A DNA stretch of 63,273 bases, counting the filler, from Stramenopiles sp. TOSAG23-6 (lineage: Eukaryota): assembly GCA_900128565.1 (NCBI GenBank). It is 11 parts of 11 records of this genome, joined end to end, with 100 filler letters (N's around TTAATTAATTAA, not from the genome) between each part and the next. Parts side by side here need not be neighbours in the genome. Positions count along the whole stretch, not along the records: positions 16,849 to 25,117 come from LT636462.1; positions 25,218 to 33,471 come from LT636463.1; positions 33,572 to 41,821 come from LT636464.1; 8 more parts are not named here. One strand, given 5' to 3'. The first letter of the stretch is position 1. Each line of letters begins with the position of its first letter. This document shows positions 23,253 through 34,308 of the stretch, piece by piece. A program made the position numbers and the translations under genes. Under the pieces are notes generated by a model. The model had not been told where the DNA came from and searched no databases. It saw only the letters and a program-made list of their open reading frames with translations.

Positions 23253-23744
23253 AGCACTGGGTCAGGGTTAGGGTTTTGTTACAATTGTAGACATAGCACT
23301 GAGTATACCGTTGCGCTTTCCTATGAAAAGAAAGAAAAGCAAAGAAGTATATTACTATACACTTGGTTTGTCTTCATATCGACCATATTCTTATGTGTGA
23401 GATCGAGTTACTCGGAGTGTAGTAGACACCACTCGGAGTCTCTCTAGTCACAGAAAAAGAGAGGAAAGTAAGAACTTGAAGGTTCACCTGGCAGTTACAA
23501 TTTTTTCACGGCGCAAACCTGCTGCTTTTAAATTATCGTTATTAACTTAAGTTATATTTTGAAGAAATAATAACGAATAATAACTGATCTTCACACCACA
23601 GAAGAAGAAGTATAGGCTATTAGTGTATCGGAAAATGAAAGTCGTTCAGAATTAGAAATTAGATCCTTCCAACGAGAGAAGGTTGTTTCAAATTGAAATA
23701 TAGTCTGCTAAATAAGTTATATCTAGATTAGAAGTACGCATAAT

Positions 23745-25117
23745 ATGGTGGGGCCGTCAGCTGCAGAACCCTCGATGAGCAACAATAATCTAGCTCAAAC
23801 ATTTAGGAAGCGAGTTATGAATATGTATACAAATTCTAATCGTGAGACAGCGAAGCGAATTTTTCGTGGGTGTGGCCGATTTCCTAATTTATACATATTT
23901 GTATATTCATTACTAACATTGTCACTTTTAGTAACAGGTTTAATGACATTTAGTGTGATAGCATTTGTCGAATTGCTTTTTGGAATATATTATGCCTGTG
24001 GACTTCACAAAAATAGGTTCGGATATCTACCCAGTAAAGTGCCTTTCCGTATTAAAATATGTAGATATGTCATCATATTAAACCTTACCAAGCTCATCAT
24101 GAATGGTATTTATCAACTTTTGATCATGTCAAGTTCTGTAGAAAGTGTAGAACAATTCGGCGACATATCTTTGGCACTAGGATTTTCTACAACAATATCA
24201 AATGTTGTGCTTGAGATAACGTGTTTGGTAATTTCGCTGATATATTATTGTATGCTTAAAACAGTGAAAATAGTCGATAACGAAGATAAATGTCCCCAAA
24301 CGGTTACGAAGCTGAAAAATAGAGGTGTTACGTATATGATCATTCTATTAGTGCTTTCTCTTCTTACTGCAGCCATTTTCCCGACAGTATTGACGCTGCC
24401 ATTCTTCGTTTTCAGTTTGTTTCTTATGTTCTACGACAGTGTCGGTATATATACACCACGTGTATTACATATATTCTTAATTTATAGTTTATCTTACACA
24501 TTTGTGATGTATATGTATCAACTGAGATTTTTCGAAGAAAAAGAAATTCTATGTAATTTAGGATTTTTCAAAATCACTTTCTGGCCAGGTAAAGAATTTA
24601 TCTACGACGATGAGACATTTTCTGGAAAGAAATGCTTGGTATCACACAATGTCACTCAAATATTTAACGCGGTAGCATTTGCTTTTGCGTTAATTATTAT
24701 TCCAGTTACTTTTGTTTTTCGTTCAAAGATACTGAAACAACAAAAATTAATAATACGTAAGACGGGGGGCTCCCATGGATAAGCACATATATACACATCA
24801 TATGCCAATGGGCGGCCTTCCACATCAAGTAAGGAGATTTTATATGCGTTTCAAATACATAATGTTTTACTGTTGCATGATGCTGGTTTCATGCTCGTCA
24901 ATTTCTCTCATCAGTTTACTCTATTTCGTGTTGATATGTATGGTTACGATTTATCCTATGTTGGATAAATTCAAATATGTAAGAATTCTATTTATGCTCA
25001 ATTTAGGGATTTTAACTTTGCGTTTCTCCCTTTCTTGCTTTTACCCTTTTGAGGAACAAAAAACGTATAATGATGGTAATTTTGGGAGTACGACAATGAC
25101 TAATTATTTTGAAATGA
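23745..25117 (+). CDS. Multi-pass membrane protein, possibly a Piezo-like N-terminal region; frameshift near 24770; 3'-truncated
   Basis: Many transmembrane helices, including SISLISLLYFVL. The two overlapping ORFs meet near a G6 run. Confidence 0.45.
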
Positions 25118-25265
25118 NNNNNNNNNNNNNNNNNNNNNNNNNNNNNNNNNNNNNNNNNNNNTTAATTAATTAANNNNNNNNNNNNNNNNNNNNNNNNNNN
25201 NNNNNNNNNNNNNNNNNTTTTTCCAACATAAATATCACATTTTTATTTTTTTATGGAATAGTAGG

Positions 25266-26249
25266 ATGAGTTGGTGTACAATTGAATCTGATCCTGGAGT
25301 TTTTACGGAACTCATCCAAGACATGGGTGTGGAAGAAGTTCAAGTTGAAGAGTGTCAGATGGGTGTTGAAGATGCTTCTCTGTCACTTCTGGGTTCTCCG
25401 GAGGACGTTTATGGCTTTATCTTTTTATTCCGATATCGTCGCAAGGATTACGCGAGTGATTCACGCCTCCCGCAACAGGCATCGATGGATTCTAAATTAT
25501 GGTTTGCAAAGCAAATGATCAATGATGCGTGTGCAACTCAAGCTCTTTTAGGTATTCTACTTAATAGTGAAGAAGTTACTTTGGGTGATATGCTTCGAAA
25601 TTTTAAAGACTTCACTACTGCTATGCCACCAGATGTTCGCGGTGACCTAATTGGTCAAAACGAAGCAATTCGAAGTGCTCATAACAATTTTGCGCGACCA
25701 GAACCTTTTGTAAGTGACAACAAAAAAAAGGCCGAAGATGGTGATGACGTTTTCCACTTCATTTCGTATATTCCAAAAAATGGCAAAGTAGTCGAAATTG
25801 ATGGCTTACAAGAATCGGCAATTGTGCTCGGTGATATTCCTGATAAAACAGATAGCATTGGTTGGATGCGTGTTGCTCAAACTGCTTTAAAAGAACGATT
25901 TCGACAATGTGGCGATGGTGAAACTCATTTCAATCTGATGGCCGTAGTGAAGGATAAAGGCGCTGTAGCTAAATCTGCCTTGCTTAAAGAGACTGCAAAA
26001 TCTGACGGTGGCAATGAACACATCATGAGACAACTTCGTGAAACTATTGAAGCACAAGAAGCACAGTCGGAAAGATGGAAGAAGGAAAATCAAAGGCGTC
26101 GGCACAACTACATCCCTTTCATTGTTAAACTTTTTCAAGTTTTGGCGAAACAGAACAAACTCCAGAAAATTTTGGAAGATACTAAAACCAAAAGAAAGGA
26201 AGCAAAAGCTGCAAAGAGTGTGAAAACAAATGCTGCGTCTAGTGAATAA
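25266..26249 (+). CDS. UCHL5: Ubiquitin C-terminal hydrolase UCH37/UCHL5; intronless
   Basis: WCTIESDPGVFTELI, FAKQMINDACATQA, FHFISY, EIDGL, WKKENQRRRHNYIPFI. Confidence 0.93.
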   Translation: MSWCTIESDPGVFTELIQDMGVEEVQVEECQMGVEDASLSLLGSPEDVYGFIFLFRYRRKDYASDSRLPQQASMDSKLWFAKQMINDACATQALLGILLNSEEVTLGDMLRNFKDFTTAMPPDVRGDLIGQNEAIRSAHNNFARPEPFVSDNKKKAEDGDDVFHFISYIPKNGKVVEIDGLQESAIVLGDIPDKTDSIGWMRVAQTALKERFRQCGDGETHFNLMAVVKDKGAVAKSALLKETAKSDGGNEHIMRQLRETIEAQEAQSERWKKENQRRRHNYIPFIVKLFQVLAKQNKLQKILEDTKTKRKEAKAAKSVKTNAASSE

Positions 26250-26350
26250 ATCTATTTTGTTCTTTTAATAAAATGCGATGACTATAGTTTTTATTTGTCC
26301 AATAAAATGATAATTTGATTTATTTCAGGAATACAACTTCTGATGTCACA

Positions 26351-26413
26351 AATTAAAATGTAAACATATACCTATTACCACTAATTAAAATGTAAACATA
26401 TACCTATTACCAC
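26351..26413. repeat. Tandem duplication of about 31 bp covering the EF-hand gene stop codon
   Basis: aattaaaatgtaaacatatacctattaccac occurs twice. Confidence 0.85.
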
Positions 26414-29400
26414 AACCCCGGAGGTTTCCCCATGACATTTAGCTGATTTAGATTTCTAAGCTCACCTAGACTCTTTATCGTATATTTTTTTAATGTATTT
26501 AAGGTTGTTTCACTTTCGAATATTTCAGTTTGTAATTTCCGCAATTTCGCTGTTGCAAGAGACATTTCGCTATCATATCTAGCACTATCACGAGACCGAC
26601 GACNATCCGACTGTTGATGTTGACGTAAAAGCTCAACTGTTGATTGGACTACAGAATTTCGCAATGCTATCTCTTTCTTATACGATATTTCTTGCTCTAA
26701 AAGTTCCTTTTTCATTCGTAATATATAATTTCTCATGCGGTTCTCATTTTCTGTTTTTGTGCTGATTATTGGACCGCCATCATTTAAATCTACATTATAC
26801 GTTTCAACAGTTTTGAACGGGATACTCATATATACATCATAAATATCTGGACACTTCACATGAAGCCACTGAATCAAAGTATCTAATTTGATAANGTGTA
26901 GAAAATTGGGCATATTCCTGACTNCGACTCCAGTTGCCTTTCTAATTGACCTTAACAATGAGTAAGCGTCTTCTCTGTGGAGAAATCCTTCTTCCTCATT
27001 ATAGTTGTGTAAAAGATTAAAAAGAAAACGTATCTGTAATGCAAAATCTTCGTGTTGTTGAGGATGATGGATCCGATACCAAAACAAAAAATCTTCCAAA
27101 GAAACTCTCTTATTATTTGATCTATCCATTTCTTCAAATGTTGTAGTTTTACTGAAAAATGTTTTAACGGGCGAACCGAGAGTTTCAAGTTTCTTTTTGA
27201 GCTCTGGTATATTGGTCTTGGTTAGATATCCAACTGCTCCAGTATCAATCTGTGCAAAACATTTGCGTAATTTTTCTTCATGGATGATGACCGGGGTAAT
27301 TTCATCATCCGAATTAAAAATATCCGTTATATTATCTACTTCATGAAGTACTTTATCTTCTGCCTCCTCTGCTTTCTCAAAGACTTCATGTTTTATTCTA
27401 TTTGCTTCATGAACTATTGAATGCTCTACATTTTCTATTCCAATGACAACTTTATCTTTTACTTTCTTTGCTTCGTCGATAACTTCTTGGTTTATCTTCT
27501 TTGCTTCATCAACAACTTCTTGTTTTATCTTCTTTGCTTCATCAACAACTTCATCTCCTACATCACCTGCCCCATCAGCAACTTGATCTTTTATCTTTTT
27601 GGCTTCTTTTACAACTTCATCTTTTATCTTTTTTGCTTCTTTTACAACCTCATCCTTTATCTTTTCTACTTCATCCGCAACTTCAACTTTTATCTTTTTG
27701 GCTTCTTTTACAACTTTATCTTTAATTTTCTCTGCTTCATCGGTTACTTCGTCTTCTAGCTCCTCTACTTCATCGACAACTTCAACTTTTATCTTTCCTG
27801 CTTCTTTTACAACTTCATCTTTTATCTTTCCTGCTTCATCGACAATTTCATCTTTTATCATTCCTGCTTCATCGGTTACTTCGTCTTCTAGCTCCTCTAC
27901 TTCATCGACAACTTCAACTTTTATCTTTTTGGCTTCTTTTACAACTTCATCTTTTATCTTTTCTGATTCATCGACAATTTCATCTTTTATCTTATTTACT
28001 TCGTAGGCAACTTCATGTTTTATCTTCTTTATCTTCTGGAATAATTTCGATTTCCTCATTTTAAATAACTTCCCCCCGAAACTCTTTTTCCTTAATATTC
28101 TCCCAATCCGAAGTTTCTTATGTTTTTCGGGGTTTTCTTCAACATTTCCTGTGATTGTGTACAATTCGGGGTGTCGAGTTTTGTGCCATTTCATGAAGGA
28201 ATCTAGATCTACTCCTTCGGCTTTACCCCCTGTCATATCTTTGAAAGCCTTTTTTAAGTGTTTTTTTGCAAAACCGAAATGTCCTTTCAGTTTTTCACCC
28301 ATAAGCTCTGCGATTTCACCAACTTGGGTTTGATTCAAGTAGCCTTTCTTATCGCTATCGATGTGATCAAATAAAAAATGTATCTGCATCTCCATTTCCT
28401 CAGGCGTTTCCGGGTGATGAATACGATGCCAAAATAAAAAATCTTGAAAAGAAACTTCTCCAGTTCCTCTTCGATCCATTTCTTCAAATGTTCCTTGTAA
28501 TCCTTTTTTACCAAAAAACGAATCCACGTGTTCTCCAAGTTTCATCGCGAGCATTGCCATCTCAGGTTCTTCGAGATAACCAACTGAATCTTCGTCTATT
28601 TCATCAAACATTGCCTTCAAATTATCATTCGTTCTACCAGAGACAGAAACACTCGGATTTCTGACAATATTATTTTGGGTCAAATTAACAGATTCACCAT
28701 CCTTGGTATCCTTCGTTACTGGTTCCTTCGTATACCAAGATGTAAAAGTGCTCAAGTTGATTCTTCCATTTCCTACAGGATCCATAATCTTAATTGCCGA
28801 TTTTAAAACTTTATTTTTACTGCCGAAATGATTTTTCAAATTTTTTCCCATCATTTGTGATAGCTTGGAAATCCCACTGTGGTCTAATTCTCCATCATTA
28901 TCAGAGTCCATTTCCTCAAAAAGGTATTTAATTTTTAGTACAACATCAGCTGTGGTCTGCGGGTGATGGACTTTGTACCACCAGGAAAAATCACGAAACG
29001 AAATCTTTTTATTACCGCTATTTATTCGCATCTCGATACATGCTGCTTCAAGTGTCTTGCCATTAAAGTAAGAGGTTGGGCTCAAATTGAGTTTCTTTAG
29101 CAACCGTCCCACTTCCTCCTGAGTCAATTTCGCAGGATAATCATTGTTAACATAAGGACCTTGCAGTAAGTCGTTTATATTGTTTATTTTGTCTATATTT
29201 GACGTATCAATTTTAGTTGAATCATCTATCGTATTACCATTCCCTAGCAATGGCTCAGAAATAATGTTTAAGGAGCTTTTTGGCTCACCACTGTCAACCT
29301 TTATCTCTTTCGAAGGTTCAACTTTCTTAGTTAATTCAGTCAAAGAACTTCCCAATGGGTTTTTTTTTATCGGTGGAGTTCTGTCATCGTCTTCAGACTC

Positions 29401-29505
29401 AGAGTCCGTAAAGTAAGGTGGAGGAGGCATATCTTCATCACTATCAACATATTTGGGTGGTTGATTGTGCTTGTCTAATATTTGGTGTTGAATTTTGGTG
29501 TCCAT
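26407..29505 (-). CDS. Multi-EF-hand protein with a central 11-aa repeat region and a C-terminal coiled coil; intronless
   Basis: EF loops DSDNDGELD, DRRGTGEVSFQDF, DSDKKGYLN and DRSNNKRVSLEDF; repeats of VKEAKKIKDEV. Confidence 0.8.
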   Translation of the reverse strand: MDTKIQHQILDKHNQPPKYVDSDEDMPPPPYFTDSESEDDDRTPPIKKNPLGSSLTELTKKVEPSKEIKVDSGEPKSSLNIISEPLLGNGNTIDDSTKIDTSNIDKINNINDLLQGPYVNNDYPAKLTQEEVGRLLKKLNLSPTSYFNGKTLEAACIEMRINSGNKKISFRDFSWWYKVHHPQTTADVVLKIKYLFEEMDSDNDGELDHSGISKLSQMMGKNLKNHFGSKNKVLKSAIKIMDPVGNGRINLSTFTSWYTKEPVTKDTKDGESVNLTQNNIVRNPSVSVSGRTNDNLKAMFDEIDEDSVGYLEEPEMAMLAMKLGEHVDSFFGKKGLQGTFEEMDRRGTGEVSFQDFLFWHRIHHPETPEEMEMQIHFLFDHIDSDKKGYLNQTQVGEIAELMGEKLKGHFGFAKKHLKKAFKDMTGGKAEGVDLDSFMKWHKTRHPELYTITGNVEENPEKHKKLRIGRILRKKSFGGKLFKMRKSKLFQKIKKIKHEVAYEVNKIKDEIVDESEKIKDEVVKEAKKIKVEVVDEVEELEDEVTDEAGMIKDEIVDEAGKIKDEVVKEAGKIKVEVVDEVEELEDEVTDEAEKIKDKVVKEAKKIKVEVADEVEKIKDEVVKEAKKIKDEVVKEAKKIKDQVADGAGDVGDEVVDEAKKIKQEVVDEAKKINQEVIDEAKKVKDKVVIGIENVEHSIVHEANRIKHEVFEKAEEAEDKVLHEVDNITDIFNSDDEITPVIIHEEKLRKCFAQIDTGAVGYLTKTNIPELKKKLETLGSPVKTFFSKTTTFEEMDRSNNKRVSLEDFLFWYRIHHPQQHEDFALQIRFLFNLLHNYNEEEGFLHREDAYSLLRSIRKATGVXVRNMPNFLHXIKLDTLIQWLHVKCPDIYDVYMSIPFKTVETYNVDLNDGGPIISTKTENENRMRNYILRMKKELLEQEISYKKEIALRNSVVQSTVELLRQHQQSDXRRSRDSARYDSEMSLATAKLRKLQTEIFESETTLNTLKKYTIKSLGELRNLNQLNVMGKPPGLW
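27440..28030 (-). repeat. 33-bp coding tandem repeat (11-aa amphipathic unit)
   Basis: More than 15 degenerate copies of (V/D)(K/D)EA(K/G/E)KIK(D/V)EV. Confidence 0.85.
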
Positions 29506-29834
29506 TTTTCACAATATTAAAAGACTTTAATAATAAAAAAGTAGCTTTCACTATATTTTGTAACGTCATGGGCGTTAATCGACGGTTAATCACATGCTTT
29601 TNGNAAAAAANCACGAANTNGGNTCGAATGAAATGGAAAAATGAAAAATCGAAATCTCAAGAAGACGTCGTCGTGAACAACACGACGTGAGAAAATCCAG
29701 AAAACATTTGAACATTTTATTAATTTTTCTCCCTCGGAATCAAAAGTGTACAGAACCTATTGCGTGTCATAGGTACCTTTGAATCGTTACTACACGATAT
29801 CAATAATATATTTGTTGCATAGACTAAAAATAAT

Positions 29835-32800
29835 ATGGCTTCCGTGCCAAAAAAAGCGTCAAAGCTTGCAAAGATCACTGCGTTGGATGTAAGTTTTGGT
29901 ACAGCGTTGGCTCAAAAAGCTCGAACAAAGCTGCATAAAAATGTCAATAGACTTGCAGATGTTCCCACATATGTTTGGATTCATCATGGTACAACTGCAA
30001 ATGGTGTAACTGATATCCGAATCTTGATGGGTGATTCTGCAACGCCTTCAGGGTTTGTCAAGATCCCTCGTGACCTCAGCCAGGGTTCAGAACCAAAAAC
30101 TTTCCTGTGCTATAAAACTTGTCCACAATCTGAAGCTGATCCTATTACTGGTATAGAGATTGTATATGACGATGAAGCTCCTCCTCCAGGATATGAAAAG
30201 ATTTCTGATTCTCTTGCTGGAGATAATGATAGGGTATATTTGTGTTATACTCGGCAGGAAGCTGGGGGAGCAGAAGATGTTTGTTTTCATCATGAATTTT
30301 TCAACTTTACGGTTTTGTACCAAATCTAAGTATCTCACAAATTTCAAAGTTTAGACATATTTTTTCACTACCAGGATTGTTGGTCGGCGCATGATCTTGT
30401 TATTGGTGATTTTGTAGATTGTACCGACACCGTAGGCAAGTGGTGCAGTGCACAGGTGATTCAGGTAATTAGCGAATCCCAGGAAATTAGAATTCATTAT
30501 CAGGGTTGGAGCGCCAAATGGGACGAGGTAATCCCAATGAGTTCCAGCCGTCTTGCTCGCAGTGGTCGACATGTAAAGGGTTCCACTGGGCAGACACAGC
30601 AAATTGGATTTGATTGGTCAACTCAGCACGATGAAGAAGAATTAGATATTAGAATAGAACAAGTGAATCAACTCATTGAAGGAAAACTTCCTGGTGGTGA
30701 GGAGTCTACTGCTTGGCAAATGGAAATCGATTTCTTTACACAGAATTGTCTCAAAGGAAATTTACCTCCAGGTTTAGATAAGAAGGTAGGAATATTCTTA
30801 CAAGCTATAATAAGGCTAGTAGCCCAACGGTTGAAATGCATAGATGAACCGCTCAGTGAACGCATGTGCAGTGCGATGAAACTATCTCTGGGTGCAGACC
30901 CCCAGCACGTATATTTCTTTAATACATATGGTAGAATGAGTACCAGTTCTCGAATGGGAGACTTATTTGGAATCACTCAGCCGTGTGACGGAGAATATGC
31001 CGTACAAGATGCTCGATCATCCATGTATTTAGTTGCAAATATAAATTTATTTGGGAAATTAGGTGGTTTTCAAGCAATTATGGATCGAATTTTACAAAGA
31101 GGTTCAGACGATGATAGTATTTCATCGAAGGGTTTGCATCTATCCAAAGAAAGCCTTAATGGTACGTTTTCATCATGATGAATTTCGAATTTTGTTTTTG
31201 TAGTAAATTTTGTACCTAACAAAAACATTTTTAAACATTTTTTTTTCAATACATGTGTTGATCATCATGTTCCGTCACTTCCTACTCCAACTCATGAGAT
31301 GATTGGTAATGAGAATCATGTTACTGATGAAGTTCAAAAAAATGAAACACCCAATACAAATAAAGAAGATCCTAACCCTAACGGTAACATTATTGTTACT
31401 GAAGATGATACAGAGGAAACTCTGCTAGTACATATATGTGTTATGTTTTTTCAAATTCGATTTTTTTTCGTACGAAATTTTGTACCTAACAATTTTTTAA
31501 ATATTTTTTTTTAAATATATTTCCGAAATACATTCTTCAATAGGAAAAGTGAATGGTTGTGGTACTACCGGTAAAAAAATATCTCTACAGGAGTTAAGTT
31601 GTATCATTTTGTCTTTAAGATTTGGCTGTGATACTTTTTCTGCCAAATTTAAAAAATTATATTTCGAAAAATTTTCTGATGCTGTTGTTACCAGGCTGTT
31701 GTCATTGACCGAAGCAGAACTTCGTGGCCTTGAAGAAAATACTCTCCATGACACTGTTCGAACACTTGGTGACCTTTTGACTACTGTTTTGAAAGGCAAT
31801 GTATGTTTATAGGATCAATTTTAAATTCATTTATTTTTTTATAGAAAATTTTATACCTAACAAAAAAATTGAAAATATTTTCCTAAAGTACATGCTGTAG
31901 ATAAAATGACTGAGACATTTGCGCTTGCCTTTGCTCTTCGTTTAATGAGATCAACTCAGTTAGCTAAAAGAAATCGCGGACTTGACCAGTTATTGGAAAT
32001 GGTTGATAGAGTTTTACGTAAGGAACGTAGAGATGCTTGTACTTTTTTTTTACAAAGAAAATTCATTTAATTTATTTTTTACAAAGAATTTTTTTTCTCT
32101 AACACATTTCGAATTTGACATATTTTTCACAATATGTTCTCGGCACATGGTGGAAGTATTGCAATGGCTGGTGATAGTAATTTTGGTTCAATAAATCAAG
32201 GTGTCAATGGTAGTCATGGCATTGGTGGGGTGTATGCTCGAAGACAAGTTGGCCGTTGGGATGCTCCACAAAAAAAAACCAAATGGGTAACTGTGGCTTG
32301 GCTTTCAAAATGGATCGCACAAAATCGTGTTTTGGAAACGCATGTATGTTTTATTTTTTTTCAAATTCCAAATTTTTTTTTTTATAAAAATTTTGTACCT
32401 AACAAAAAAACATTTGAAATATTTTTCCAAAATACATGTCTCAGGTCACGACTCCGAATTACGTCGTTGCGATAATTTACTTCAATTCCAGGCTGCTGAG
32501 GGCAATCTATCTGGAGAAGTTCTGTCTATTTTATGGAAACAAGTACACGAAGCTGTTCCTGCTCGCGTGGAGGCCGTCCATGTCATTGTGGAACACTTAC
32601 TCGAGCTATTGGATGTTTCTCAGATGCGTGAATTATTTGCATTGGTAAAGAAAACTGTTCTAACTACGGAAGCATGTACTATTTTAAGAAGATTTACGAG
32701 GTATGGAGTAGCAAAGGAGTCTGAAATGTATGGCAATGATCCCAGTAAGCAAAGTGAACGTTGTTGGTACGCTCTTCCGTTATTTTGGGACGTTCTTCAA

Positions 32801-33419
32801 GATACTATCCCACTTACACCAAAATTAGATAATACTACATCAGTTATAGTATCGAATGAAAACACTGATAATGGAGATGTATCTCATGGAGAAGATGATG
32901 ATACAAATAATTCAAATCACGGGTCTGAGCTTCGACATCTTGTTTTAGTTTCACTTGCTCGATTGCTTACAGAGGATGTATGTGCGTCCTTCATGTTTGG
33001 TCACTATGTATCTCTCATTACAAACAATATTAAACAAGGTCGGTCTGTTCCTGCTTCTTTGGGGTTACTTCAAGAAATGCTAGAAGGTTTAGATGTAATG
33101 ATTAGTAATAGAGGGGGGGATTTCAAGTGGAATAGAGGTAATGCTGATATGCAGCTGAGAAATCTAATAGAGGAGCAAGATTTTATACAACTGTTGGTAC
33201 AAGACCTCATAAAATATCGTGATATCGCCCGGCTGGATCTCGAAAAACGTTTCGAGACTGTAAAATGTGAAGTTACGAATGAAAATGTTTCTAAAGAAAA
33301 TAATGATATTGATGACGTACCGGATGTTATAAGTGTTCCGGATGTTATAAGTTGGCCTATGCCAGTATCTAGTGAAGTATACGGGGTATCAAATGAATCA
33401 CAAAAATCTAGCCATGCGT
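29835..33419 (+). CDS. MABP-like plus Tudor/Agenet-like plus USP9/24/34-like helical N-terminal region; 3'-truncated; six family introns plus one partial
   Basis: MABP-like PSGFVKIPRDLSQG..TFLCYK..PITGIEI..PPPGYEKI..VYLCY; Tudor-like GDFVDCTDTVGKW..IHYQGWSAKWDEVI; USP-like NINLFGKLGGFQAIMDRI and LAFALRLMRSTQLAKRNRGL. Confidence 0.65.
30279..30374 (+). other. Degenerate family intron, probably GT..AG (96 nt; an alternative AT end at 30377 is also in frame)
   Basis: gat|GTTTGTTTTCATCATG..CACTACCAG|gat tgt tgg. Confidence 0.65.
31162..31254 (+). other. Family non-canonical intron (GT..AT, 93 nt, contains stops)
   Basis: g|GTACGTTTTCATCATG..CAATACAT|gt gtt; in-frame join. Confidence 0.8.
31434..31533 (+). 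other. Family non-canonical intron (AT..AT, 100 nt; an alternative in-phase GT lies at 31428)
   Basis: cat|ATATGTGTTATG..GAAATACAT|tct tca; TACAT direct repeat. Confidence 0.7.
31801..31893 (+). other. Family non-canonical intron (GT..AT, 93 nt)
   Basis: aat|GTATGTTT..AAAGTACAT|gct gta; in-frame join. Confidence 0.8.
32039..32137 (+). other. Degenerate family intron (GT..GT, 99 nt)
   Basis: t|GTACTTTT..CTCTAAC..CACAATATGT|tc tcg; in-frame join. Confidence 0.6.
32344..32437 (+). other. Family non-canonical intron (GT..AT, 94 nt)
   Basis: cat|GTATGTTTT..CCAAAATACAT|gtc tca; CATGT direct repeat. Confidence 0.85.
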
Positions 33420-33806
33420 GTATGTTTTATATGAATTTCTAATTTAATTTTTTTTTCATACGAAATTTCGTNNNNNNNNNNNNNNNNNNNNNNNNNNNNN
33501 NNNNNNNNNNNNNNNTTAATTAATTAANNNNNNNNNNNNNNNNNNNNNNNNNNNNNNNNNNNNNNNNNNNNTTTTTATAGGAAATTTTGTACCTAACAAA
33601 TTTTTTTAGATTTTTTTTGAAATATTATTCCAAAATACATCAAACATGATTCAATTTGGTAAGCCAAAATTTTTACCTCTTGAATGTTCAGAAGATTTGG
33701 AAGCCAGAGGCAGATGGTACCCCGCAACTAAAACTGAATGGATACTCAAAGGTGTTAAAAGTTACGCGTGGGTTACGCCTGCTGAAAAATTAGGTAGTAG
33801 GGTAAT

Positions 33807-33907
33807 GTATGTTTTATTTTTTTTCAAATTTGAATTTATTTTTTCGTACGAAATTTTGTACCTAACAATTTTTTTTTTTTTTTTTGAAATATTTTTCCAA
33901 AATACAT
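33807..33907 (+). other. Family intron whose two flanks appear to come from different genes
   Basis: at|GTATGTTTT..AATACAT|aca tat gaa; the upstream exon has stops in the GCDH frame. Confidence 0.75.
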
Positions 33908-33982
33908 ACATATGAAGGAACTCATGATGTTCATGCCCTCATTTTAGGTCGTGCAATCACTGGTTTGCAGTCATTCTTTTAA
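33908..33982 (+). CDS. GCDH: Last exon of glutaryl-CoA dehydrogenase
   Basis: [24 protein letters not shown] matches the GCDH C-terminus [23 protein letters not shown]. Confidence 0.85.
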   Translation, partial: TYEGTHDVHALILGRAITGLQSFF

Positions 33983-34308
33983 CTTTCTCTTTTATTAATT
34001 AAAAAAAACTTGTAAATAAAAAAAATTAAAAAAACTCAGTATAACAATAGTATAAATGCACTCATGGATTATTTGATTAGGCCTCCATGTTTAACTTTCT
34101 ATAGTGCATTTTCGAAATTTTCTTAAAATCCTCTTGCAATAGATCATCTTTTTTATCTGAGATTCTAGCCTAAAAAAAATTAACTCCGTCGGAACTTTTT
34201 TGAACTTTTTTTTTTTTTACTCGCGCGGCTGAAAAAAAACCCATCCGAATTTAGAGATCCGCTTTGAATGTATTACTGGATGTTCTCGTCCATAATTACC
34301 TCTCATTG

